Shown piece after piece: positions 1 to 9,284 of a DNA stretch of 64,000 nt. Position numbers and translations under genes: made by a program. How positions within the stretch are numbered: position 1 is the stretch's first letter; every line of letters starts with the position of its first letter. A model generated the notes under the pieces. The model saw only the letters and a program-made list of their open reading frames with translations. It had not been told where the DNA came from and made no database searches. Source of the stretch: Candidatus Latescibacterota bacterium (GTDB lineage Bacteria; Latescibacterota; UBA2968; UBA8231); assembly GCA_965197905.1 (NCBI GenBank), contig CBDAOB010000005.1, positions 1,600,001 through 1,664,000 on the forward strand, in the 5' to 3' direction.

Positions 1-2
1 TG

Positions 3-725
3 CTATTCACCGCGGGCGAGTCGATCGGCCAGGTAGTCGGGCCATCCCGCTTCGAGCATCTTCTTTTGAGTTTGCGCAAAGGGATATTCGACTCGGTGGA
101 TCTGAACATGTCCTTCGTTCACTTCCCACATGGCAAAAGAAGCGCGGCGATCCCCGTCCCGCGGTTGCCCGACACTCCCTGGATTGATCAGACACTTGTG
201 CTGGCCAACAGCGACAACGCTGGATGTCAACGGCAGCATTTGGCCGTTCATTTGGCAGTAGATGCCGGGAAAATGCGTATGACCAAAGAATCCGATAGGC
301 CAATCGAGCCTCTGCATACACCATTTGATCTCCTCGTAAAGGAAGAGATGGGACCATTCCTCAGGTCTTATGGGATTGGCGTGCGCGAAGACGGCCCCGT
401 AGGCGCTCCGCCTATATGCTAGATCGGAGAGGTATGAGAGGTCATCAGGACCCATACGGTCCATTGACAACAAGATAGATTCCCGGGCGAGCGAATTGAA
501 CGCGCGGAGCTGGTTCAGTTCCAGAATGGCGCTATCGTGATTCCCAAGAACGGTCACCGCATCCACTTCGACGAGGCGATGGATACACGCTGTCGCGTCG
601 ACGCCGTATCCGACAATGTCGCCCAAGCAGACGTAACGCTCTGCGCCTTCCTTGTCGGCGTGAATCAAGACCGCCTCCAGCGCCTCCAGGTTGGCATGTA
701 TGTCGGCGAGCACCGCAATCTTCAT
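3..725 (-). CDS. Calcineurin-like metallophosphoesterase (YfcE/MJ0936-like)
   Basis: Motifs ADIHAN, LGDIVGYG, GNHD, GHTH and NPGSVGQPRD. Confidence 0.9.
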   Translation of the reverse strand: MKIAVLADIHANLEALEAVLIHADKEGAERYVCLGDIVGYGVDATACIHRLVEVDAVTVLGNHDSAILELNQLRAFNSLARESILLSMDRMGPDDLSYLSDLAYRRSAYGAVFAHANPIRPEEWSHLFLYEEIKWCMQRLDWPIGFFGHTHFPGIYCQMNGQMLPLTSSVVAVGQHKCLINPGSVGQPRDGDRRASFAMWEVNEGHVQIHRVEYPFAQTQKKMLEAGWPDYLADRLARGE

Positions 726-738
726 TGAAATCGCCGCA

Positions 739-1701
739 TTACCCGGTGGGTTTGTCTTCGACGGTTACCTTTCCTGGCTTGTTGCCTCCGCCCTTGCCCG
801 GAGTCTTGGGTGAGCCGGACCGCTTCTTCCGTTTCGGTTTGGGTTTTGGTTTGGATTTCGCAGCTTCGAGATTTTCGTACACAAGCTTTATGATTTCCTT
901 GCGCCGCTCATTTTCGTAGGGAGTGAATCTCATGCGAACGATCGTGCTGTCCTGTTCTTCCACCTTCTGCAGCTCTGTGACCTCAGCGATAAATCCGTTC
1001 AAGTCGATAGGTAGCGACTCACCATCCCCTGAGATACTGATATAGTCGGTCGCATCCACATCGATCGGCCCTCGGACCAAGAGTGCAGCCCCTCCGGCGC
1101 TCACGTCAATGATCTGGGCGTTTACCGGAACGAGATCGGCACAAAGTTCCGAGATCAACGCATTGAACTTCTCGTCCCCTTCTTGGGGTGGATCGTGCAG
1201 CCCATCGCGAAGGGAGTCTTTAGAAACCACGAACGACTGTACGGGAAGCGAACAGGGGGCCCTAAGGTGTTGCCTCCGCTCTTCATTCTTTTTTCGCGGC
1301 TCGACGGCTGCTGCGGTAAGCAGCTTGTCGCGAATCGTTCCGACGATCGCTATTTCCAGCTCCGTCAAGTCACCCCGGTCCATCGACTGAGCTACGCAGC
1401 GTTCAAACACTTGAATCGAGCCGAGGGCTTGAGCAGGCCGCTTTATCTTGGATTTGCGCACAACGGTGGACATGATGTCGATCTCCCTGTGCTTCAACCC
1501 CCTGGCGAGGGCTATCTTGCGAAAGGTTTGCCAGGAAGATTTGCGTAGCTGGCGCCGCTCGGCGATCTTCCCGAATCCTCGAAAGATCAGCAGGGCTACG
1601 GAAAGTAGGGCTATAGCGACGCCGAAGTAGTACACCATTTTCATATCGGGACCGCCGAATCCCAGGTAGTTTCCGGAAGATGCCGCTAACATGGTGAACA
1701 C
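739..1701 (-). CDS. Membrane-anchored PilZ-domain (c-di-GMP binding) protein
   Basis: N-terminal TM helix; intact RxxxR (RRQHLR) and DxSxxG (DVSAGG) motifs; Lys-rich tail. Confidence 0.8.
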   Translation of the reverse strand: MFTMLAASSGNYLGFGGPDMKMVYYFGVAIALLSVALLIFRGFGKIAERRQLRKSSWQTFRKIALARGLKHREIDIMSTVVRKSKIKRPAQALGSIQVFERCVAQSMDRGDLTELEIAIVGTIRDKLLTAAAVEPRKKNEERRQHLRAPCSLPVQSFVVSKDSLRDGLHDPPQEGDEKFNALISELCADLVPVNAQIIDVSAGGAALLVRGPIDVDATDYISISGDGESLPIDLNGFIAEVTELQKVEEQDSTIVRMRFTPYENERRKEIIKLVYENLEAAKSKPKPKPKRKKRSGSPKTPGKGGGNKPGKVTVEDKPTG

Positions 1702-1704
1702 TCC

Positions 1705-2643
1705 TCAGTTAAAAAGCGCGCTTATCGAGGTTTCCTCATAGATCGCCTTGATCGCTGCCGCGAACAAGGTGGCGACGGAACAAACTTCAATCTTGCCAGA
1801 GCTGTCGATTCGTTGGAGCGGCACGGTGTCGGTGATTGCCAGGCGTTCGATCGATGAGGCCCCGATATGGCGAATGGTTTCTCCAGCCAAGGTTCCGTGC
1901 ACACACCCGGCGAAGATCCTCCGAGCCCCGCGCGCGGCGACGGCTTCGGCCCCACGCAGGATCGACTCCCCGGTTACGACCTCGTCATCGAAGAACAGGA
2001 CATCCTTGCCGTCCACGTCGCCGATAACGCCGTGAATTGATGTATCGCCGGTGGGTCCCTGCCGACGATCGATAACCGCGAGCGGCAAACCCAGGCGCCG
2101 GGCGTAGGACTCCGAAACCTTTGCCCGACTGATATGGGGAGAAGCGACGACGCTGTTGTCCAGGTTCCGCTTGGAGTAATACTCGCAAATGGTGGGTACG
2201 CCGCTCAGCTGGTCCACGGGCACGCGACTGAAGCCCATGATCTGCGGCGAATGCAAGGTCATGGTCAGGATCCTCTGGGCTCCTGCCTCCGCAATCAGAT
2301 CTGCCATGAGGCGGCCCGATACCGAAATGCGCGGTTCGTCCTTCTTGTCCATGAGTGCGTACGGAAAATACGGCAGGACCGCAGTAATGCGCTTGGCCGA
2401 GGCGAATTTCAGGGCATCGAGGGCAATGAGCAACTCCATCAGGTGGTCGCTCACTGGAGGGCAGGAGGTCTGCACAAAGAATACATCGCAGCCGCGCACA
2501 TTTTCGCAGATTTTGACCTTGATGTTTTCATTGCTAAAGCGAACAAACTCGATCTTGCCGGGCTCGACGCCGAGGGACGAGCAAATGCCATCGGCAAGAT
2601 TAGAATTGCTCTGTCCTGCGAATACTTTCAGTGTATTACCCAT
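1705..2643 (-). CDS. prs: Ribose-phosphate pyrophosphokinase paralogue with degenerate active site
   Basis: Full-length PRS-like sequence from ATG 2643 (MGNTLKVFAG), but YALMD, SPHIS and IDRRQ replace YARQD, SPD and IDKRR. Confidence 0.85.
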   Translation of the reverse strand: MGNTLKVFAGQSNSNLADGICSSLGVEPGKIEFVRFSNENIKVKICENVRGCDVFFVQTSCPPVSDHLMELLIALDALKFASAKRITAVLPYFPYALMDKKDEPRISVSGRLMADLIAEAGAQRILTMTLHSPQIMGFSRVPVDQLSGVPTICEYYSKRNLDNSVVASPHISRAKVSESYARRLGLPLAVIDRRQGPTGDTSIHGVIGDVDGKDVLFFDDEVVTGESILRGAEAVAARGARRIFAGCVHGTLAGETIRHIGASSIERLAITDTVPLQRIDSSGKIEVCSVATLFAAAIKAIYEETSISALFN

Positions 2644-2651
2644 GCCATCGC

Positions 2652-3314
2652 TCAAAGCATGTTGATCTCTAGCTGCGCGCGGCCGGCGACCGGTGAGTCG
2701 GCAAACTCGGTTGTGATGCGTTTCAAAACGCGCAGCTGAGAGGACTCGTCCCCCGAAATGGCGAAACACCTGGCGGCCTCCATCAGGGATAGAGAAGACT
2801 GAAAGCTTTCGGGATGATTCGCGGCGTAATCCTCGTACTTGCGCGCGGCTTCGAGAAGCTTCCCTTGGGCTTCGTAGCAGGCTGCTATTCCGCTCCAGGC
2901 GGCAAACGTCAAGATTTCGTTCTCACCAGAATCTGCGAGAAAGCGCTCGTACATCTGGAGGGCGTCGTCGTGTCGATCCTGGGTGTAATACCGATTCGCC
3001 AGTAGCAAAATCCCTTGGTCTGCCGCCGGCGTCCCTGAATACTCGTCGATCAGCTTCTCACAGAGCCTGATCGCTTCCTCGGGCTGGGCGCTGCCTTCGG
3101 CTACCAGAACATCCCCTAACAGGGTGGTGGCCTCCGCCTCCGCCTGTAGGTGTGAGGTGGTAACCAGATTTGCCACGACGACCAGGACCACGATGCCGAC
3201 AAGGCCGCCTAAAAAGAACTGGCGCTTGTCCTGGACGAATTCGACGACATCCATCAGCCATTGAACTGCCCTGTCTTCTTCGAACTCGTTCCCCGTCTTG
3301 CGTTCGTTCGGCAT
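2652..3314 (-). CDS. TPR protein with N-terminal membrane anchor (YfgM-like)
   Basis: One TM segment followed by TPR-like helices (AARKYEDYAANHPES). Confidence 0.7.
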   Translation of the reverse strand: MPNERKTGNEFEEDRAVQWLMDVVEFVQDKRQFFLGGLVGIVVLVVVANLVTTSHLQAEAEATTLLGDVLVAEGSAQPEEAIRLCEKLIDEYSGTPAADQGILLLANRYYTQDRHDDALQMYERFLADSGENEILTFAAWSGIAACYEAQGKLLEAARKYEDYAANHPESFQSSLSLMEAARCFAISGDESSQLRVLKRITTEFADSPVAGRAQLEINML

Positions 3315-3329
3315 CCGAATACAACCTTC

Positions 3330-3851
3330 CTATTGACTGAATTCCAGTACTGATTCGATGCGGTGGTTGGGTAGCTTCTTCCTGCCGCCCAAGAACAACA
3401 GCTCAAGCAGAAAGCTGAGCCCCACTATTTCGCCACCTAAAATATCTGTCAGTTTGCAGGTGGCTCGCATCGTACCTCCCGTCGCGAGAACATCGTCGAC
3501 AATCAGCACCCGATCACCCTCTTCGATAGCGTCCCGATGCATTTCGACGGTGTTCGTGCCATACTCCAGCTCATACGACTCCTTCACGGTCTCGGCGGGT
3601 AACTTGCCCTCCTTGCGTACTGGAACGAAACCGCAATTCAACTCTAACGCGATCGGCGCACCCAATATGAAGCCCCTTGCTTCGATACCCAGCACCTTCT
3701 GGATGGCGGAGTTGCCGAAAGGTTGAGCCATCAACCTAACCACCTCCGCCAACGCCGGAGCATCGGCCAAAAGGGTGGTAATATCCTTGAACGAAATGCC
3801 AGGTTCCGGAAAATCTGGAACCTCGCGAACCAGTTTCATCAAGTGCTCCAA
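3330..3851 (-). CDS. apt: Adenine phosphoribosyltransferase
   Basis: DFPEPGISFKDIT, EARGF, LEYG and VDDVLATGGT motifs. Confidence 0.97.
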   Translation of the reverse strand: MEHLMKLVREVPDFPEPGISFKDITTLLADAPALAEVVRLMAQPFGNSAIQKVLGIEARGFILGAPIALELNCGFVPVRKEGKLPAETVKESYELEYGTNTVEMHRDAIEEGDRVLIVDDVLATGGTMRATCKLTDILGGEIVGLSFLLELLFLGGRKKLPNHRIESVLEFSQ

Positions 3852-3862
3852 CAGCTTCTCTC

Positions 3863-4152
3863 CTAATGAATTACGAACTCACCAAGATCAGAATCAGGGA
3901 GGATACTTGGTTGGATGTCGCAACGAGCCACGCGGCTCAAGGGAGGACCGCATCGCAGTTGCTCCAAAAATAGCTCCATGGAACCAGGCTTACCAGCCGC
4001 GATTACTTCGACCGCGCCGTCCTGGAGATTCCGCACGTAACCGCAGATGGAATGGTTTGTTGCAGCGTTTAGCGTGAAATATCGAAAACCAACTCCCACA
4101 CGCGTCCGGAAAGGACAATCTGCTTAGTGACGTTGTGTGTTGTGTTATTCAT
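3863..4152 (-). CDS. acyP: Acylphosphatase, frameshifted at about 4098
   Basis: ATG 4152 gives MNNTTHNVTKQIVLSGRV; GVGFR...GYVRNLQDGAVEV...GPPLSRV follows in another frame with one base missing at a GGG run. Confidence 0.85.
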
Positions 4153-4309
4153 CTTGTTTGGTGGTGATTTGGGAGTCTAAGTGTAATGATAGGTGAGGGT
4201 TGCAGGAGTGTCAATTTGTTGGTGTGTTACATATTGATCATTATGCGACATTTTCGCATAGTCAAACCTTCGACAAAACCACCTTTTGACAGTCAACTGT
4301 ATCAATCGG

Positions 4310-4471
4310 TCAAAAAAGAGCGTAAATAAATGGGGCTGCCGCCGAACCTTCGGTGAGCACAATCAACATACCTAAAAGTACTAGTGTGGCTATGATCGGT
4401 GCCAACCACCACTTCTTACGTACCCGCATGAAGTGCCACAACTCGACAAAGATTAACAGCTTACTGGGCAT
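4310..4471 (-). CDS. 53-aa small membrane protein, DUF5989-like
   Basis: Manual translation MPSKLLIFVELWHFMRVRKKWWLAPIIATLVLLGMLIVLTEGSAAAPFIYALF; RKKWW..P and APFIY.LF signature; not in ORF track. Confidence 0.85.
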   Translation of the reverse strand: MPSKLLIFVELWHFMRVRKKWWLAPIIATLVLLGMLIVLTEGSAAAPFIYALF

Positions 4472-4479
4472 TTTATCCG

Positions 4480-5418
4480 CTACAACAGTCGGCTCACTGA
4501 CTCACCGTGATGAATCGCTTTTATGGCATCGCCGAACAAACGGGCCACGGAAATGATTTCCAGCTTGTCTCTAGGTTGGTTGGCGGGAATCGGTATAGTG
4601 TTTGTCGTTACAAATGTCTCGACGTCGGAGGATTCGATTTGCTCTAGGGCGTTCCCAGAAAAGATTCCGTGGGTGCAGCCAGCAACGACACGCCTGGCTC
4701 CCTTGCTCTTTAGGATCTTGACCGCTTCGATCATCGATCCGCCCGTCAACACCTCATCGTCGAAAAGCAGCACATTCTTGCCCTCAATATCCCCGATAAT
4801 GTTCAAGATCTCCGCTTTCTCTTCATCACCGTGTCGGCGCTTGTCCATAATCGCCAGCGGCAGGTTCAAATTGTTGGCGTACGTGCTCGCCTCATCGGCG
4901 CTTCCAACGTCAGGAGAAACCACAACGGAATTGCCTAAGTCCTTCAGCCTGAAGTGATTACATAGGAGGCTCGTAGCCCAGAGCTGGTCTACAGGTATGC
5001 GGGAGAAGGCGGCAATCTGCGGCGCATGGAGCGTCATCGTGAGGATTCTGTCGGCTCCGGCTGTTTCCAGAAGATCGGCCGCCAAGCGGGCAGTGATCGA
5101 AATTCTCGGTTCGTCTTTCTTGTCAGATCGGACATACGGATAGTACGGCAGGACAGCGGTAATGCGCCGCGCTGAGGAATATTTCAGCGCATCTACAATG
5201 AGAAGCAGCTCAATGAAGTGGTCGTTTACAGGAGAACAAGAGGTTTGAATCACGAAGACATCGTCCTCTCTGACGTTTTCGTTGATTTTGACCTTGATAT
5301 TGTCGTTCGCTTCGCGATTGATAGCGATGCGGCCCGGACTCATGTCCAGATAGCCGCAAATTTCGTCGGCTAAGTCAGGATTGCTGTTGCCGGTTATGAT
5401 TTTGAGGTAATTCTTCAT
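4480..5418 (-). CDS. prs: Ribose-phosphate pyrophosphokinase (catalytic residues retained)
   Basis: YVRSDKK, LHAPQI, SPDVG, MDKRR, DDEVLTGGS and CTHGIFS motifs. Confidence 0.95.
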   Translation of the reverse strand: MKNYLKIITGNSNPDLADEICGYLDMSPGRIAINREANDNIKVKINENVREDDVFVIQTSCSPVNDHFIELLLIVDALKYSSARRITAVLPYYPYVRSDKKDEPRISITARLAADLLETAGADRILTMTLHAPQIAAFSRIPVDQLWATSLLCNHFRLKDLGNSVVVSPDVGSADEASTYANNLNLPLAIMDKRRHGDEEKAEILNIIGDIEGKNVLLFDDEVLTGGSMIEAVKILKSKGARRVVAGCTHGIFSGNALEQIESSDVETFVTTNTIPIPANQPRDKLEIISVARLFGDAIKAIHHGESVSRLL

Positions 5419-5527
5419 CGACTGTAAAGAAATCGGTTGCTGGATCTAAAATAGAAAGAATGGGCAGCAAAGCCCGTTGGCAAGGGTCGGCGGATTAACG
5501 GGCGGTGCTTGACATGCTATTTTCTTC

Positions 5528-5842
5528 GTGCCACCTTCCCTGTCCTCCTGTAAAACACGGACCGTTCCCACACGGAAGTCTCGCTTGCCCAGAGTAAATG
5601 TCGTTTTACCCCAGAAGATGCTTGATGAGCTCGACGAGGTTGTCCGTCGCGAAGGCCTGAATCGGAGCAAGCTGTTGCGTAGCGCCGTCGAGCTTTTCTT
5701 TCGTCACCGATTGGAGGAATCCGAGCGCAAGCATCGACAGGCGGATATCCGACAAGGGATCCAGATTCAAGACGAATTGAGGGGAGAAGGCGACTCCTGG
5801 GATGCGTTGAGAGCACTGCGGGACGGCCGCGAAAATTCGTGA
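5528..5842 (+). CDS. CopG/RHH antitoxin (VapB-like); start uncertain
   Basis: RVNVVLPQKMLDELD...NRSKLLRSAV ribbon-helix-helix pattern; GTGA overlap with the PIN gene. Confidence 0.8.
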   Translation: MPPSLSSCKTRTVPTRKSRLPRVNVVLPQKMLDELDEVVRREGLNRSKLLRSAVELFFRHRLEESERKHRQADIRQGIQIQDELRGEGDSWDALRALRDGRENS

Positions 5843-6267
5843 TGTTGTACGCCCTGGATACTTCGGTGATGTTGCATTGGTTCAGCGATTCAAACGATGC
5901 CGATACCGCGCTTTCCCTGCGACTGCGGGAGGAGCACCTCAACGAGTCGGTCCAGTTACAGGTCCTCGATCAGTCCATCTACGAGCTGATGCATGTGCTG
6001 AAGGAGAATCCAAAGTTCAACCAGGGCAATATAACCAGTGCCCTCGACAGTCTCGAGTACATGCATATTGGCGTCGTGCCCTACAGCCACGAACTCGCCC
6101 GACATTCTGCTCAAATTGCGACGGAACACGACATAAGCATCTACGCATCCTGCTTTGTCGCCCTCGGAACCCATTTACGGTGCCAGGCGATAACCAGCGA
6201 CGAGCGGCTGTACCAGAAGGTGGCATCGAATCCGTGGACGATCCTGCTTGCCAATCTAGCTTTTTGA
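5839..6267 (+). CDS. vapC: PIN-domain toxin (VapC family)
   Basis: LDTSV...YEL...ITSDERL PIN pattern, coupled to the RHH gene. Confidence 0.85.
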   Translation: MMLYALDTSVMLHWFSDSNDADTALSLRLREEHLNESVQLQVLDQSIYELMHVLKENPKFNQGNITSALDSLEYMHIGVVPYSHELARHSAQIATEHDISIYASCFVALGTHLRCQAITSDERLYQKVASNPWTILLANLAF

Positions 6268-7617
6268 GAGCGGTTCGTTGAGTTTTTTCTCCACTGCACT
6301 CAGCACGGCCGCCCTCACCTTCTCATAGTCGGCTTCGATTTCAATGGGACCGTTGGCGTGCCCCGACGTTACCAGAAATTCATCAAGGTCGCGAGCGTGG
6401 TACCTTGATTTAAAATCGGTGAATTTGAGCCCGTGCGCCGTTGAGATCACCACAACCTTGCTTTCCGCGGCAATCACACCGGTTTTCAACAGCCTGTTGA
6501 GCACCGCTAGCGCGACCCCGGTGTGGGGGCACGTGAAGAGGCCCGTACGATCTGCCAGCGCCGACGTATTGGCGAGCTCATCCTCGGTCGCCTGGTCGAC
6601 TACACCTTCGAATTCCCGCAGGGTCCGGATGGCCCGCTGCCAGCTCACCGGAGCCCCTATCTGAATGGCGCTCGCCAACGTGGTGCGAGCGGTTTGCGGT
6701 TCGAACGATTCGAAATTTCTCAGAAAGCTCTCGTATAGTGGGTTGGCGTTGGCTGCCTGCGCTACGGCTATTCTCGGCAGGCTGTTGATGAGGCCGATCT
6801 CTTTCATCTCCAGGAACCCCTTCCCCAACGCGCTGACGTTGCCCAGGTTACCACCTGGAATGACAATCCAATCAGGCACTATCCAATCGTCCTGCTGAAG
6901 CAATTCGATCGATACCGTCTTTTGGCCCTCCATACGCAGGGAGTTCATGGAATTCGCGAGATAGATATTCTCTCGATGGCTCAACTCGTTTACCAATGCC
7001 ATACAACCGTCGAAATCGGAGTCGATCGAGACGGTGACAGCACCGTTGGCGATCGGCTGGATAAGCTGGTGGGCCGTAACCTTTTTCTTGGGCAGGAATA
7101 CGATCGCGGGTATATCGGCGGCGGCGCAGTACGCGGCGAGGGCGGCAGAAGTGTCGCCCGTGGAAGCGCAAGCCACCCCTGGAATCTGCTGGCCGTCCGC
7201 GATCATCTGGTTGACCATGGATACAAGCACCGTCATGCCCAGGTCTTTGAACGACCCCGTGTGACTGTTGCCGCACTGCTTTACCCACAGGTCCTCGACG
7301 CCCAGCATCTTGCCCAGTCGTTCCGCCCAAAAGAGATTGCTTCCGCCCTCGTACATCGACACGACGTTCTCGTCGTCGACAGTCGGGCAAACGAGCTCTT
7401 TCTTGCCCCACACGGAGCTGCCGTAGGGAAACGCTGTGCTCATATAACGCTGATCGAACAATTTGATCCATCCATATGGGGAGCGACTTCGTAGAGCATC
7501 CAGGTCGTGCCGAACCTCCAACAAGCCGCCGCATTTCCGGCACTCGTAGACCACTTCGTTAAGCGGGTAACACTGATCTTCGCAGTGGATGCACTGGAAC
7601 CATGCCCGATAGTTCAT
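6256..7617 (-). CDS. thrC: Threonine synthase
   Basis: HTGSFKDLG (PLP lysine), CASTGDTSAA and PGGNLGN motifs. Confidence 0.95.
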   Translation of the reverse strand: MNYRAWFQCIHCEDQCYPLNEVVYECRKCGGLLEVRHDLDALRSRSPYGWIKLFDQRYMSTAFPYGSSVWGKKELVCPTVDDENVVSMYEGGSNLFWAERLGKMLGVEDLWVKQCGNSHTGSFKDLGMTVLVSMVNQMIADGQQIPGVACASTGDTSAALAAYCAAADIPAIVFLPKKKVTAHQLIQPIANGAVTVSIDSDFDGCMALVNELSHRENIYLANSMNSLRMEGQKTVSIELLQQDDWIVPDWIVIPGGNLGNVSALGKGFLEMKEIGLINSLPRIAVAQAANANPLYESFLRNFESFEPQTARTTLASAIQIGAPVSWQRAIRTLREFEGVVDQATEDELANTSALADRTGLFTCPHTGVALAVLNRLLKTGVIAAESKVVVISTAHGLKFTDFKSRYHARDLDEFLVTSGHANGPIEIEADYEKVRAAVLSAVEKKLNEPLSKS

Positions 7618-7714
7618 AGGGAATTCCCTTGGTGGCGGAAGCAGGATAACGGCACGGGGAGTTATGGAAAGTTATCGAGGCAGCTACACGGCGGCAAGCG
7701 CACACATGAGGTGC

Positions 7715-7745
7715 AAAAAAATGAGGACCCCGAAGGGTCCTCATT
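7715..7745 (-). terminator. Intrinsic terminator after the acidic protein gene
   Basis: Minus strand AATGAGGACCC-TTCG-GGGTCCTCAT followed by a T run. Confidence 0.85.
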
Positions 7746-7765
7746 GGGAGAATAACTTGTTGCGG

Positions 7766-8960
7766 CTAGTTTTCGAAGAGAGCGTCGATCTCATCCTGGC
7801 TTATTGAATCGCCGTCGGCCTCTGTTTCCTCCTCTTCTTCGGAAGCCTCATCATCTTCTTCTTCCACTTCTTCTTCAACTTCGATTTCCAGCATCTCCTC
7901 TTCCTCGTCGTCGGCGCTCAAAAGATCCGCCAGATCCTCCTCTTCACCTTCCTCGTCGTCGCTCAAGAGATCGGCCAGATCCTCTTCTTCACCTTCCTCA
8001 TCGTCGCCCAGGAGGCCGGTGAGATCTTCGTCTTCTTCAGTTTCTCCGCCGGCATCCTCTTCGTCTTCCTCTTCAACCATATCCTCAAGGAGATCCTCAG
8101 TCTCGTCGTCCAGCACGTCCTCCTCCTCATCTTCCTCATCGGCGTCAACAACGACTTCCTCCGCCTCCTCGTCCTCGGCCAATAGGTCGCGCAGATCCTC
8201 GTCGTCGTCATCACTTTCCGGTTCGTCATCGTCACCGAGCAACTCCTCCAGATCCACCTCCTCCTCTTCTTCCTCGACAGCCTCTTCTTCCCCACCCAAC
8301 AATTCTTCGAGATCCTCTACCTCCAGATCATCCTCGATCTCTTCATCCTCTGCAATCTCATCCCCTTCTATCGAGACATTGTCCTCTAACGAACCATCCT
8401 CCTCCTCAAGCTCATCGACGACGTCATCGAGCGCCACATCCTCCTCAACCGGCTCATCAAAGAGGTCATCCGGATCGGCTTCGTACTCGATTTCCTCTTC
8501 CTCAACCTCGGGTCCCCCAAGAATCGCCTCCACCTCTTCAGCACTCGGCCCAACCTGGGCCGCGTCTTCGAACAGATCGTCAGCTCCGGCTTCAAAGTTT
8601 TCGCCCGCACCGTCGTCGGCGAACAGAGAGTCGATGTCGTTCGGTGCCGCTTCCTCTTCGGAACCCGCTGCAGGCGAATCAAGAGAACCATTGTTTAGCA
8701 AACCGGAGGCAAGTCTGTCGAACAGCTGTTGCACCTTGCCTATGTCTCCATCCACAACGGCCCCGGCGCTGTCGCGCACAAACTCGACCACCTGATTGAA
8801 TCCGGGAAATGCGTCGTCAAAAACAGTCAGGTAAGCCCTGACGCGCTCATCCTTGATATCGTTTTTGACTTGAGCAAACCAGAGTTTCTCGAACAGCTTT
8901 GCCAGAGAATCCAGCGCTTCCAGCTGATCCTTGACGTCACGCAGATCTTCCTTTGTCCAT
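7766..8960 (-). CDS. Extremely acidic, probably disordered protein with a helical N-terminal domain and C-terminal SQDEIDALF motif; apparent +1 frameshift at codon 3
   Basis: Frame stays open about 57 codons upstream of GTG 8791; removing one A from ATG GAC AAAG GAA gives MDKEDLRDVKDQLEALDSL... Confidence 0.75.
7916..8044 (-). repeat. 45-bp coding tandem repeat, about 3 copies (DDEEGEEEDLADLLS)
   Basis: Units at 7916-7960 and 7961-8005 nearly identical; third copy degenerate. Confidence 0.8.
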
Positions 8961-9284
8961 AACTACTGCCCCTGGGTGTTTAAATGAACCGACTCAACGG
9001 TTTGCGCAGTTTGCGGTTGACTGGTAAACCTCTCCAGCCCTGCTCTGAGCAATAAACGTGCCTCAATCGCATTGACCATTGTTAGAAGCGATCTATTGTG
9101 ACGCCTGTTCAGCATCCTGGCGCGCTCATCGCAACGAACCAAGATATTGTAGGTGCCCCAACTTCGGCGTTTCTCCGATTCGGTCGAATTTTTTCCCACC
9201 CGGAAACTATTGCTCCCACGACGGATAGGCACCGCGTGTATCCAGTTTCTTAATATACTTCTCAAGGCCTTCAATCCCAACGTT

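Noticed and set aside
7916..8044. Possible CRISPR-like repeats
   Set aside because: In-frame coding tandem repeats without unique spacers; no cas genes in the window.
8019..8795. 258-aa Ser-rich ORF on the + strand
   Set aside because: Antisense shadow of the GAG/GAC-rich acidic gene.
8963..9280. 105-aa ORF between thiT and the acidic gene
   Set aside because: Atypical composition and no motifs; more likely the promoter region.
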